Source: a virus (taxonomy: Duplodnaviria > Caudoviricetes). From it: DNA of 44,496 nt. The stretch is from positions 1 through 44,496 of IMG/VR virus record IMGVR_UViG_3300036821_000216; one strand, given 5' to 3'. A program made the translations under genes and the position numbers. Below are positions 9,444-18,779 of this stretch, one piece after another (within the stretch, counting starts at the first letter, position 1; each line of letters begins with the position of its first letter). The notes under the pieces were generated by a model. That model did no database searches. It was not told where the DNA came from and was given only the letters and a program-made list of their open reading frames with translations.

Positions 9444-9863
9444 TTAAAGAGTAGAAGGCTTTATGTCTAAATTCCCACTACCATCAGTAAAAATCCTAAC
9501 CACTTTTGACTGATTAGATTTCAAAACGACAGTGCGCTCTTGCCTTTCTTTTCCCATGGAACAGAATCCTGAACCATCAAATGCGGTTCCTATCTCATAT
9601 TCACCGGGAGGCAGGTATAAAGTCGATTTCTCGGAAGTGTTGAGTAATGCCGCCTTGTCACCATTTACAAATACAGCCGCGTAGCAGGCACTCCCTGTTA
9701 TTCCACTATCTCGAATAACTGTCAGCTTTGTATCACCATTATGTGGTGATTGATATTTAAACACTCTTTGAGGCGGCGCAGCATCAGCCTTATTGACAGG
9801 GACAGGACTAGTAGAGCACCCCATCAAAACAAACACGCCTATAGCTATTAAAAGTTTTCTCAT
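9444..9863 (-). CDS. Moron lipoprotein inserted between K and I
   Basis: Signal peptide with lipobox LMGC; AT-rich; own terminator. Confidence 0.75.
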   Translation of the reverse strand: MRKLLIAIGVFVLMGCSTSPVPVNKADAAPPQRVFKYQSPHNGDTKLTVIRDSGITGSACYAAVFVNGDKAALLNTSEKSTLYLPPGEYEIGTAFDGSGFCSMGKERQERTVVLKSNQSKVVRIFTDGSGNLDIKPSTL

Positions 9864-9920
9864 CTTCTTCCCTCTGGGTTAATGAGGAAATAATAGCAAT
9901 AGAAAAAAGTAAGGCAATGT

Positions 9921-10655
9921 TTAAGGTAAATCAGCAAAGCTAAATAAATTTTTGTGCCGGACAATTTTCATCGTCCTTTCACGCCAATAACCGCCATAAG
10001 GCACCCGCTGACTAAGCATGCCGTACATGTGGTGAAGAAGCATATTCCCCTCGAGTAAAATCCCTGCATGGTTCCACTTATCCGACTGCACCTGTATGAT
10101 CACCATGTCCCCCGGCATCGGGTCGCCAGAGAATTCCCTGAATCCGCATTCGTGCCAGCATTCCTGATAGAAGTTGTCCGGATACTGACTTTCCCACCAC
10201 GGATAATCAACGCGGTAATCCTTCAGCTCTAACCCGTGCGTTTGCCGGTAATAGCTCATCACCAGCCCCCAGCAGTCACTGTGGCCCAGCACAAACGGGC
10301 GTTCAATCAACGGAAGGTCACCGCGTGGCTGGATAGTGCGAAGATCCCCCTCTGGCCAGCTCACAATATGCCAGGGTATTTCTGTGGCATCACACTGCAC
10401 TTTATCCAGCTCGCTCGGCTGTGTGGTCGCGTCCGGGTGGCTATGGACAATGGCGATAACCGCTCCCCAGTCCTCAGCGCCAGCATAACCCTCAGGATCG
10501 AGATGAAAATGCTCCGTTGGTTCTGAGGCCATGTTACGGCAGGGGAAATACTTTATGACACGTGACTTCTGCGCCAGCACGCCGCAGCATTCCCGCGGAT
10601 ACTCGGCCTCGGCATGAGCCATAATCTCATCGATAATCTTCTGTTTCATGATCAT
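9921..10655 (-). CDS. K: Tail assembly protein K (JAB/MPN + NlpC/P60)
   Basis: YPRECCG, VHSHPD, DCWGLV and NHAGILL motifs. Confidence 0.92.
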   Translation of the reverse strand: MIMKQKIIDEIMAHAEAEYPRECCGVLAQKSRVIKYFPCRNMASEPTEHFHLDPEGYAGAEDWGAVIAIVHSHPDATTQPSELDKVQCDATEIPWHIVSWPEGDLRTIQPRGDLPLIERPFVLGHSDCWGLVMSYYRQTHGLELKDYRVDYPWWESQYPDNFYQECWHECGFREFSGDPMPGDMVIIQVQSDKWNHAGILLEGNMLLHHMYGMLSQRVPYGGYWRERTMKIVRHKNLFSFADLP

Positions 10656-12313
10656 GTCCGAAGTAATGATGTGCCAGGGAAACCGCCGAAGGAAAGCTCG
10701 TTGTTTTCCCCGAACCGGAGTTTGCAGCCCGTCAGGTTACCGCTGCATACGTCCAGTGACGGATCGCTGACCGGTTTGTTGAATTTGTCAAAATAGCGGG
10801 TACCGGCATAATCGCAGCCGTCACCTGATCGGTATTTGCCTCGAATACACCAGGTGCAGAGGGAATGCAGCTGGCGTGTGGGGATCTGTAATCCCTGTAA
10901 ATCCATCGGGCTGCTGAGGGTGAATTCGACCTGAAGCTTTGTCTCTACGCTTTTACTGTCGATGTAATAAACCTTAAGCTTTTCCTGTGTCGGATCCGCC
11001 GATGTATTACCCTCCGGGAAGTTTCGCGCATCGAGATACTTTGCCAGCGTGTCATGGATAGAAACTTTGGCCTGAAGCATGTCGTCGTAAGCCAGACATA
11101 GTGCGGTGATAGAGCCGTCAAGATTAGCAACGGTTAGTTTCGGCTGCGCGCTGCTCCCGGTAGTTGAGGACTCAATCCCCTCAATCTGGCAAGGCCATGC
11201 CGCATACTCTATACCCTGCCACCAGATTGATTTGGCGGGAAGCTTCGACTCATCATAAGACGGTGAACCACCGATATATTCAATTTTGGTGATATAGCGG
11301 GTGCCCCACGGTTTACTTGCCGGCGGTATTGCAACTGAACTCGCAGAACCGAAGGAGAGGCTCGCCGTCTCACCAGTTGAATATGTAATTTTTACACCAG
11401 AGGCTCCGTTTGCAGGAACAGATGCTGCGGCTGCCGGGCGTGATGCTGTAGAGGCAGCAGTCGGTATGAGGCTTGTAGAAGATGAGCGCTGCTCGAACTG
11501 ACCTCCCCAAACGTAAATGCCACTCGTTCCATCCCCTGCAAAAGAAGTCGTCGTGTTTGGCCCGACAGTAGGATAAACCGCGGGGCGAATATCGGCAGTA
11601 ACCGTTGCTGCAGTGGTTGAGGTAACAGTCACCTTGACCCATCCATTTCCCAATTTAACAACTGAACATAATGCTGCATCATTGGTGTTAACGATCACAC
11701 CATTAATCAGATCCACTGAAACGATGACCTGTTTAACTAATTGTGCAGACTGGACGATGCTTACGTTGGCGTAATTGTATCCGGCTGATTTTAAAAACGC
11801 AGTGAACGTGAATGTTGTGTTCGCCGTCGGAATATACCCGGACCGGTAAATCGGGTGACTCGCAACGGTAGTATTCGGTACCCATTTTGCCGCCGTTGTT
11901 GATCCATCAGGGGCTGTGGAGGAATTTGCAATTACTGAACCCTGGCCTTTTGCCCAAGCCGCATTTGCCCACGCATTAGAGTAAGTAAGCAAATTAGTTG
12001 AAGCAGGTTCGGGTTCCGTCCTTCCGAAAATCTCAAGTGGCCACTGATTCGCAGAGGCCTGGTAGATTTTTCCATCCTGACCGATATAACTGGCAGCGCC
12101 AGCGCGCGTATAAGTAACCCGTCCATCCAACGTCGAATCATCCAAACGGATCGGACTGACTGGGTTTGTCGCTTCGATTTCCGCTTCGGTGTGTGGGATG
12201 TTGTAGGAATGAAACCGGAGAACATCTCCAACACCGAACGCCGTGCCATCGACTTCAAAAAGCCTGACAGTATTGCCCGGCTCAAGTTTCTGATAATCGC
12301 TGTTGATACTCAT
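10652..12313 (-). CDS. L: Minor tail protein L with an inserted domain of about 305 aa
   Basis: L-type N-terminus (QKLEPGNTVRLFEVDG) and C-terminal Cys cluster (CTWC..GDGCDY..DVCS..GCKLRFG) split by an in-frame insertion at about 11255-12169. Confidence 0.9.
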   Translation of the reverse strand: MSINSDYQKLEPGNTVRLFEVDGTAFGVGDVLRFHSYNIPHTEAEIEATNPVSPIRLDDSTLDGRVTYTRAGAASYIGQDGKIYQASANQWPLEIFGRTEPEPASTNLLTYSNAWANAAWAKGQGSVIANSSTAPDGSTTAAKWVPNTTVASHPIYRSGYIPTANTTFTFTAFLKSAGYNYANVSIVQSAQLVKQVIVSVDLINGVIVNTNDAALCSVVKLGNGWVKVTVTSTTAATVTADIRPAVYPTVGPNTTTSFAGDGTSGIYVWGGQFEQRSSSTSLIPTAASTASRPAAAASVPANGASGVKITYSTGETASLSFGSASSVAIPPASKPWGTRYITKIEYIGGSPSYDESKLPAKSIWWQGIEYAAWPCQIEGIESSTTGSSAQPKLTVANLDGSITALCLAYDDMLQAKVSIHDTLAKYLDARNFPEGNTSADPTQEKLKVYYIDSKSVETKLQVEFTLSSPMDLQGLQIPTRQLHSLCTWCIRGKYRSGDGCDYAGTRYFDKFNKPVSDPSLDVCSGNLTGCKLRFGENNELSFGGFPGTSLLRT

Positions 12314-12648
12314 GGTTTAAACGCCTGTTCGAAAGTGGCATCGAGGTTGAATTTTCCCGCCCCGAGCGCCGTGGGTTTATAGGTGTCGCAGCGGAACATG
12401 CCCAATGGTTCGAGCGGCGGTTTCCAAAGGAATGCCGCTGTCCCCTGATGCGCATCCAGAAAAGTTTTAATCGCACTGATGTAATCTTCGTTACCCGTGA
12501 AACTAAGCGTCCACTTTTGACTTTTGGTGTTTAAACCATCGCCAGAAACCTGCGTATATCCGTCGCCAAATTGCACCTTCCTGGTCCGAAATGAAGTATC
12601 GGCTTCGGCATTTAAGCGTGGGCACCACGTGAATGTTTGAATAGCCAT
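12310..12648 (-). CDS. M: Minor tail protein M
   Basis: VQFGDGYTQ...FLDAHQG..AFLWKPP...ATFEQAF. Confidence 0.9.
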   Translation of the reverse strand: MAIQTFTWCPRLNAEADTSFRTRKVQFGDGYTQVSGDGLNTKSQKWTLSFTGNEDYISAIKTFLDAHQGTAAFLWKPPLEPLGMFRCDTYKPTALGAGKFNLDATFEQAFKP

Positions 12649-12650
12649 GA

Positions 12651-15600
12651 TCACCTGCTGTTTTTCATTGCGTTCCAGATGTCGCCGCCCGGCCGCAAAT
12701 CCTTCGCCTTGTTCTGCTGGTATAGCTGGTTAACATAGTTGGCGATTTGCGTGCCGAACTGTTCCCAGCCGCCCGAGGATTCCGTACTGGCATTGCCGCT
12801 GCTGTCAATCGTGATGTAAACCTGCGGCGCGCCACCCGATCCAGAACCGCCTGAACCCAGAGCCCTGACACCCAATGAACCATCTGCAGCGCGAGTCAGT
12901 GGCATGATCGCTTCTGGGCCAGCCTCACCAAATACACCCGCACCTTTCGCAAAGGCGAACATAGTGGGTGAGTTGTATACCCCATTACTGAAAGAGCTCA
13001 GGGATGGAGAGTCGTAAACGCCGCCTTTCGCATTGAACGAGAGATTGCTGTAAGAACCTGAAGAGAATGCATTTGAGGAGGATGCAGCGGCACCGCCGCC
13101 AAAGTAACTGGCCGCGCCACCGGCAATCGTACCCAGAAGGCCGCCCCAGGCTGAACCTCCACTGCTTCCTCCCATCAGGCTCACCGCCGCCATCTGGAGC
13201 GCCACTTTCTCGATGATCTGCAGGACAGAAACACCCCATGACTTCCAACTGACCTTATTGCCTTCCAGCATTGAGGTCACGTTGCTGAATGCGCTGTCCA
13301 TCGTGGTCTTAACGCCGTCAGAGACAGCGCCGGATACATTACTGATTTCTTCCAGCCAGTTGCTATATCCTCGGGATGCACCGGACATCCAGTCAGCTTC
13401 CGACGCGGCGATAGCCTTATACTTCTCGTCCAAGGCATCCAGTGCTGATTTTTGTGCTGCGACAGCCTGTGAATTGTCTTTCCCCCCTGCCTTGTCAAAC
13501 ACCCTGTTTACCTGCTGAGTCTCATCAAACCGACTGCGCTGGCGGTCACTCAGTCCGGCCGTTTCTGTGGTTAACGTCGCTTCATCGCGGTATTTTCTCG
13601 CGGCGTCCGTTAAGTCCTTCAGTGCATCAACCTGTTCACGCTGTTTTCTGACCGTCTCATCTGCTCGCTGATTCCACTTAGCCAGCTCAGCAGACGAGGC
13701 CTGAATTGCTTTGCGCTGTTCATCTGTCCATTTAGTACCGGCCTGATGAGAAGCGGCGTAAAGCTCAGAAGCTTTTTCGCCTTCCGTAGCCATGACTTTT
13801 TGAACCTGAATAGCAACAGTGAGGTCTGCCATCTTTCGGCTGTATTGCTCAGCTACTGACGCAGCCTCACGTTCAGCTTTGTTCTGGGCATTCGTGGCCG
13901 AAGTCCCATCTTTTTTAGCCTGAGCCGCGGCCGCGTCCTTTTTGGCGGCCTGGTCTTTGTTGTAGATGTAAGTCGTATAGAGCGCGCCGGTGAGTTTCAG
14001 ATCCTCGGCTTCATAAATATATTGCTGATGAAGCTTTTCCAGACCGGAAAGGCTAGCTAACTCATTTTCACGTCGGGATTTTTCGACTGCGGTAGATTGC
14101 TGAGGTGTTGCTTTTGCCATTGAGACCACTGGCCCAGCATACTGCGGCGGTGTTGCGCCCGCTGTCGCGGACATTGACCGGTTAAGCAAGTCATATGCGC
14201 CTTTCAGAATGGAGACAGCCCCAGCCTGTTCAATAGCTTTTTTGGTTGCCAGATCACTGGCGTCATTAACCAGCTTCTGAGTAGTGGCCACTTTCGCTGC
14301 GGCATTCTCGCGTTCGTATTCCAGCTTATTCAGCTTGTCGGTCAGTTCGATGTTTTTGGCGGTGATGTCCGCCTGATCCATGAACGTGTTAAGCCAAGTA
14401 GTTGTAGGATGCGCGTTGTAGTCCTGCTGGATCTGATCCAGACCTTTCAGACTGTCTTTCACTTTGGCGATCTGAACATCCAGATCAGCGAGGTCGCTTT
14501 TCTGGGCGGCAAGAGAAGAACGGGCATCGCCGGCGGTAGCCTTCAGGCCAAGCACCGACATGGTCTGAAGTTTTCCGTTTATTTCATCAAGATTGTTGGC
14601 GAAGCCTACGGCTTCCTGATGTACCTGCTGAGTGTGTTGATACAGGCCATACATCGCCGTACCTGCCGCGATGATTACGCCAGGCCAACCTCCGAGAAGA
14701 CCGAGAACGCCACCGCCCAAACGGTTCATTACTGACGCGGTGTTATTAAGCTGGCTCATCGCCGCTGAGCGGCCACTAATAGCACTATTAAGTGATGTCT
14801 GAGCAGCAGCTAAATTCCGTTCAGCGAGTATTTGCGTCTCAATGGATGTCGCGGCAGCTCTTGCCTGCTGAGCCCGATAAACTGTTTGGCGGGCAGCGGC
14901 TACGCTAACCTGTGCCCCCCGTACCTGAGCCTGTGCCAGCGCCACTTCTGCTGCTGTATTGGAAATGACCGCTGCAGTGGACTGAGCGACACTGCCTACC
15001 ATGTTCCCGAAGTAACGGGCAATTCCCAAGCCCACCAGCGCGCCGGTTACATTCGCCACGGTATCGATGTTTTTCGCCAGGCCATCCAGCACGCCAGACA
15101 AACTCGATGATGCGCCTACTGCATCATTCGCACCGCCCACCCATGCAAGGAAGGCATTTTGTACTTTTTGCGCGGATCCGCTGATCGAAGCCGGAAGGGT
15201 TTCAAACTCTTTCCTCAGCACCTCAACATTGGTTAGCAGCGGTACAATTTTGTCGGTGGTTAATTCCCCGTTGTTTGCCATATTCCGGAGCCCGCCAACC
15301 GTCGTACCCAAACCATCTGCCAGCAGTTTTGCAAGTCGCCCGCCGTTCTCCATGATGGCGTTGAATTCTTCACCACGCAAAACGCCGGAACCTAATGCCT
15401 GGCTGAGCTGAGTGATCACCGAACTGGCTTCTTCTGTGCTGGCTCCTGACAGTTTCAGCGAGGTGGCCACAGTTTCAGTAACTTTCGCAACGTCAGAAGA
15501 TGCGTAGCCGGCGGCGCGCAATGATTGCGCAATACGACTGTAAAGGTTGCTGTTTGCCTCGAGTGAAGTCCCCGTGCGCTGGCTGATTTCCATCAAAGTA

Positions 15601-15938
15601 CGTTGCGATGTGGCGTAATCGTCTGTCGAGGTTGATGCCAAACGGAGACGCCCGTTTAACTGGTTCCATGTGTCGGCAAAATCAATAAGTTGGTGAGTAG
15701 CGAACGCACCAGCAAAAGCACCGGCCAGCCCCGCTGCAGATGATTTAATAGATGCAAGTTCACCACTTAGATCGCTGATCGCACGCTGTGTTTCACGGGT
15801 AGCAGCCGCCGCCTTTTTGCCGCCCTGTTCCATCGTTTTGTAATAATCGGCCCCCATCCGGGAAGCTCGGGAAATTTCAGACTGAAATGAACTGGAGTTC
15901 GCTGAAATTTTGATAATAAGTTCGCGCAGCGTAGCCAT
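12651..15938 (-). CDS. H: Tape measure protein
   Basis: 1095 aa, Ala-rich helical; QLSQALGSGVLRGEEFN; NAKGGVY...GEAGPEAIMPL. Confidence 0.95.
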   Translation of the reverse strand: MATLRELIIKISANSSSFQSEISRASRMGADYYKTMEQGGKKAAAATRETQRAISDLSGELASIKSSAAGLAGAFAGAFATHQLIDFADTWNQLNGRLRLASTSTDDYATSQRTLMEISQRTGTSLEANSNLYSRIAQSLRAAGYASSDVAKVTETVATSLKLSGASTEEASSVITQLSQALGSGVLRGEEFNAIMENGGRLAKLLADGLGTTVGGLRNMANNGELTTDKIVPLLTNVEVLRKEFETLPASISGSAQKVQNAFLAWVGGANDAVGASSSLSGVLDGLAKNIDTVANVTGALVGLGIARYFGNMVGSVAQSTAAVISNTAAEVALAQAQVRGAQVSVAAARQTVYRAQQARAAATSIETQILAERNLAAAQTSLNSAISGRSAAMSQLNNTASVMNRLGGGVLGLLGGWPGVIIAAGTAMYGLYQHTQQVHQEAVGFANNLDEINGKLQTMSVLGLKATAGDARSSLAAQKSDLADLDVQIAKVKDSLKGLDQIQQDYNAHPTTTWLNTFMDQADITAKNIELTDKLNKLEYERENAAAKVATTQKLVNDASDLATKKAIEQAGAVSILKGAYDLLNRSMSATAGATPPQYAGPVVSMAKATPQQSTAVEKSRRENELASLSGLEKLHQQYIYEAEDLKLTGALYTTYIYNKDQAAKKDAAAAQAKKDGTSATNAQNKAEREAASVAEQYSRKMADLTVAIQVQKVMATEGEKASELYAASHQAGTKWTDEQRKAIQASSAELAKWNQRADETVRKQREQVDALKDLTDAARKYRDEATLTTETAGLSDRQRSRFDETQQVNRVFDKAGGKDNSQAVAAQKSALDALDEKYKAIAASEADWMSGASRGYSNWLEEISNVSGAVSDGVKTTMDSAFSNVTSMLEGNKVSWKSWGVSVLQIIEKVALQMAAVSLMGGSSGGSAWGGLLGTIAGGAASYFGGGAAASSSNAFSSGSYSNLSFNAKGGVYDSPSLSSFSNGVYNSPTMFAFAKGAGVFGEAGPEAIMPLTRAADGSLGVRALGSGGSGSGGAPQVYITIDSSGNASTESSGGWEQFGTQIANYVNQLYQQNKAKDLRPGGDIWNAMKNSR

Positions 15939-15971
15939 ATTTCACCCATATAAACCCCGCCTGCGCGGGTA

Positions 15972-16657
15972 TCAAAGACCGCCTAAAAACTCTTCAAAAT
16001 CACTAATTTCTTTCTCTTCCTCCGTCTGGCCCCACTTCAGCAAAACATCGTTTAAGCTGAGTTTTCCACCCTGTGCATTGATAGTTGCGGTCGCGACTTG
16101 CGCAGCCTGAACATCACCGCGCCAGTCGCCGATCGGGCTCATCCGGTCATAGGCGATCCACATTTTCAATTCACTGGCGGTAAGGGTTTGGCGGAGTTCA
16201 TGAACTGTGCGCCCCAGACGGAGCGCCAGAGAGAAGAGGAAGAAGGTCAGCGGCTCTTTTACTTTTTTTCAGCAGATTCCTGACTCAGGCCTAAAGCCAG
16301 CGCCTGCTGCAACAATCGCACATGGACTGGTCCGTAAATTTCTGAAACCTGTTCTTTGTCTTCAGGTGAAAATACTTGTGACCCGGTCTCATCCAGCAGC
16401 ACATCGATAAAAAGGATCACATCAGCGTCGCGGTTACGAATGAAGATTTCGGTCGGACTGAGTTTTGGCGGTTCTGTACCTTCCGGCAGCTCAGGAGAAA
16501 GTAAGGCGCGGAAATCAACCCACGCTTGACCAGAGGGCTCGCGCAGAGTGACCTTGATGTCGCCCCATTCCGGTACCGAAACTTCTTTTGTGCGGTATGC
16601 GCCAGACGGGGCCAAAGCCAGATCACGTAATGAGGCAGAGAGTGCCATTTTCTTCAT
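15972..16657 (-). CDS. Tail assembly chaperone GT, made by programmed -1 frameshift
   Basis: A-AAA-AAG at 16262-16268; the -1 frame continues VKEPLTFFLFSLALRLGRTVHEL into the 15972 ORF. Confidence 0.85.
16259..16657 (-). CDS. G: Tail assembly chaperone G
   Basis: VPEWGDIKVTLREPS...IYGPVH.RLL; lies between tail tube and TMP. Confidence 0.85.
   Translation of the reverse strand: MKKMALSASLRDLALAPSGAYRTKEVSVPEWGDIKVTLREPSGQAWVDFRALLSPELPEGTEPPKLSPTEIFIRNRDADVILFIDVLLDETGSQVFSPEDKEQVSEIYGPVHVRLLQQALALGLSQESAEKK
16262..16268 (-). promoter_or_regulatory. -1 frameshift slippery heptamer A AAA AAG
   Basis: GCT GAA AAA AAG TAA at the end of G. Confidence 0.85.
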
Positions 16658-16691
16658 TGTAGGGTTCTCTAAAAGTGAAGGAATTCAGGGT

Positions 16692-16715
16692 AAAAAAAAG
16701 CGGCCTGAGCCGCTT
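16692..16715 (-). terminator. Terminator after the tail tube gene
   Basis: AAGCGGC-ctga-GCCGCTT with T-run on the minus strand. Confidence 0.75.
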
Positions 16716-17184
16716 AGGATGTTGCCTGAATGATAGGGATCGGCTTGCCACGAACGCGCAGTGAATACGTCGCGCCGACGACGGAAGACGTAGCCGCTGA
16801 CCAGGAGCTTTGACGTACTTCAACGAGAATGTAGTAGCCATTGCCCGAAGCGAATTTCACGCGCAACGCCCGCAATTCGTCATTTTCATATGCCGTCTGC
16901 AATGCGGCCTGTGCCTCTTCATCGCCAACCCAGTTACGCGTAATCGACATTTCTGCCGGAGCAGCGAGGCCGTTAGTCTGTTCTTGCTCGACGGAACACA
17001 GTGTGGTGACATCAATGTCGCCTTTCTGGCCGCCGGTATACGTGATTTCTTTCGTTGCGCATGCAGCTTCCAGCCAGGTGATCCCCACACCGGGAAAACC
17101 AGGTGCAGTAAAATCAGCGGCAGAAACCGGCGCGTCGGTGACGGCGAACGTCATACCCTTTGTGACTTCGTATTTACTCGACAT
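16714..17184 (-). CDS. Major tail tube protein
   Basis: GGQKGDIDVTTLCS.EQE..NGL motif of HK97-type tail tubes; synteny. Confidence 0.88.
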   Translation of the reverse strand: MSSKYEVTKGMTFAVTDAPVSAADFTAPGFPGVGITWLEAACATKEITYTGGQKGDIDVTTLCSVEQEQTNGLAAPAEMSITRNWVGDEEAQAALQTAYENDELRALRVKFASGNGYYILVEVRQSSWSAATSSVVGATYSLRVRGKPIPIIQATS

Positions 17185-17199
17185 AAGTTCTCCGGACAT

Positions 17200-17221
17200 A
17201 AAAAAACCGCCCGTGGGCGGC
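17200..17221 (-). terminator. Intrinsic terminator before the tail tube gene
   Basis: CCGCCC-gt-GGGCGG with T-run on the minus strand. Confidence 0.6.
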
Positions 17222-17239
17222 TATTGGTGAGGTGATGGG

Positions 17240-17587
17240 TTATTGTTGGTTCTGAATTTCCAGCATGGCACGGTAGAGCCCCGTTTCTGACTCGTAGCCG
17301 TTAGTTCGGTTAAGTTGCGTGAAATTCAGTGGCGCCAGCGCGTTTTGTACCAACTCACGAATTGCGCGGGCTTCATCAGGTGATGATGCGTACACATCGA
17401 CCTGAACAGAATCTGTTTCCTCCGCAGGGCCACAAAGGGTATCGCCAAAATTCTCGCTGACAATACTGAAGACTATCCACGGCGCACTTACAGCGGTTTG
17501 CCCTTCAGCATTCAGCGGTGCAACGTAGGGATAAACCTGCCCGCCGGTCAAAGTACCTATGAGTGCAAAAACATCGGCTTCCGTCAT
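17240..17587 (-). CDS. Tail terminator / completion protein (DUF3168-like)
   Basis: VYPYVAP...VQVDVYA...YESETGLYR; synteny. Confidence 0.8.
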   Translation of the reverse strand: MTEADVFALIGTLTGGQVYPYVAPLNAEGQTAVSAPWIVFSIVSENFGDTLCGPAEETDSVQVDVYASSPDEARAIRELVQNALAPLNFTQLNRTNGYESETGLYRAMLEIQNQQ

Positions 17588-18030
17588 TTTGATAGCGCCT
17601 TATCGATAGCAAGATTGGCCTGTGAAAATGCAGCTTTGGTAGCATCATCCTGCCGGGCGTCATAAGCAGGGCGAACAAAAGGAACCTGAGCCATATAAGA
17701 AGTGCCCAACTCGACAAACCGCCAGTAAAAGGCATTCTTGCTGTCGTTCGTCTTCATCTTATTATCGCTGTTCCCGGTACGGGGGTTCGTGCCTCGGATA
17801 TGAACGCCAGATGAGATATCACCGTTTCTGTCTCTTTGAGTCATCACGACAATATTCCTCTTCAACTTGCCGGTGCGAACGGGGGCCCGCTTGATCACTT
17901 CATCTTTAAAAACAGTAGCTGCGGCGCGTGTGGCATCGCGCATCACTTTTCTGTTTTCAGCCTTGCTCAGGGCTTTCAGGTCATCGGACAGATCCAGCAA
18001 ATCCGAGAAATCGAGTTTAGTGTCGATCAC
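17584..18030 (-). CDS. HK97 gp10-like neck protein
   Basis: APVRTGKLKRNI...FYWRFVELGT...PFVRPAYD. Confidence 0.88.
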   Translation of the reverse strand: MIDTKLDFSDLLDLSDDLKALSKAENRKVMRDATRAAATVFKDEVIKRAPVRTGKLKRNIVVMTQRDRNGDISSGVHIRGTNPRTGNSDNKMKTNDSKNAFYWRFVELGTSYMAQVPFVRPAYDARQDDATKAAFSQANLAIDKALSK

Positions 18031-18365
18031 GCTTTCACCCCATGATTACAGAGAATTTCCAACTGCGTCATTCTTGAGTCTGGGATTGGGGGACCTGATA
18101 TTTCTAAAACCTGTCCTTTAAAGGGTCCAGACTTGCAGACAAGCCGGGATGAAGCGCCGACGTCAGCGCGATAGCGCATCCATACACGTATCGTTGCTTC
18201 GGCCTTTTCCGCCCCTGACGCCACAAGTTCACGCCCGCTTATGCCTTTCACTTCCGCCCATACGGTTGACGTGTCCGACCAGACCTTTTCCGGTTGTCCG
18301 GATGGCTTTCTGGTTTCAATATAATTCTGAATGGTTACCCGATCGCGAAGTCGTCCGGCCTGCAT
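18027..18365 (-). CDS. Head closure protein
   Basis: MQAGRLRDRVTIQ...VWAEVKGISGRE. Confidence 0.88.
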   Translation of the reverse strand: MQAGRLRDRVTIQNYIETRKPSGQPEKVWSDTSTVWAEVKGISGRELVASGAEKAEATIRVWMRYRADVGASSRLVCKSGPFKGQVLEISGPPIPDSRMTQLEILCNHGVKA

Positions 18366-18375
18366 AAAGCACTCC

Positions 18376-18720
18376 TTAAACGCCGTAAATTCGATATGGC
18401 TGTAAAAGCGATCCCACTGCAAAGGGGACAGGTGATGTGATATTCCCGATGTTTACGGCCTCCCTGTTGGCATACCAGTGACCAATCAGCAAAAGCATTG
18501 CTGCGCGGATATCGTCATCAAGTAACAGGCGGTTTTCGTCTGTGTCGTAACCCGGATCCGTATTCAGTAAGTAAAGCGTCCGGCGCGTCCACGTTTCAAC
18601 ACAACGCTTCGCAGCACCGGTATAAATTTGGAATAACGAATCATCAAGGGTGAAATCAGGTTCAACCCGGCAATGATTTTTTACGATATCGAGATCAATA
18701 ACGTCGGCGGGATCAGCCAT
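18376..18720 (-). CDS. Head-tail connector (HK97 gp6-like)
   Basis: VKNHCRVE...AMLLLIGHWYANRE...LLQPYR. Confidence 0.9.
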   Translation of the reverse strand: MADPADVIDLDIVKNHCRVEPDFTLDDSLFQIYTGAAKRCVETWTRRTLYLLNTDPGYDTDENRLLLDDDIRAAMLLLIGHWYANREAVNIGNITSPVPFAVGSLLQPYRIYGV

Positions 18721-18744
18721 CTTTCGCCCAACCTTTTAAAAATG

Positions 18745-18765
18745 AAAAAGCGGCCCGAAGGCCGC
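18745..18765 (-). terminator. Terminator after the major capsid gene
   Basis: GCGGCC-cgaa-GGCCGC with T-run on the minus strand. Confidence 0.8.
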
Positions 18766-18779
18766 CTTAGGAGGCAGGT

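Noticed and set aside
11255-12169. Intein or intron as the explanation for the gpL insertion
   Set aside because: No Cys/Ser start with His-Asn end, no endonuclease motifs and no stop codons; composition looks like a structural beta domain
15972-16270. Apparent gap or pseudogene after gene G
   Set aside because: Explained by the standard G/GT -1 frameshift at A AAA AAG
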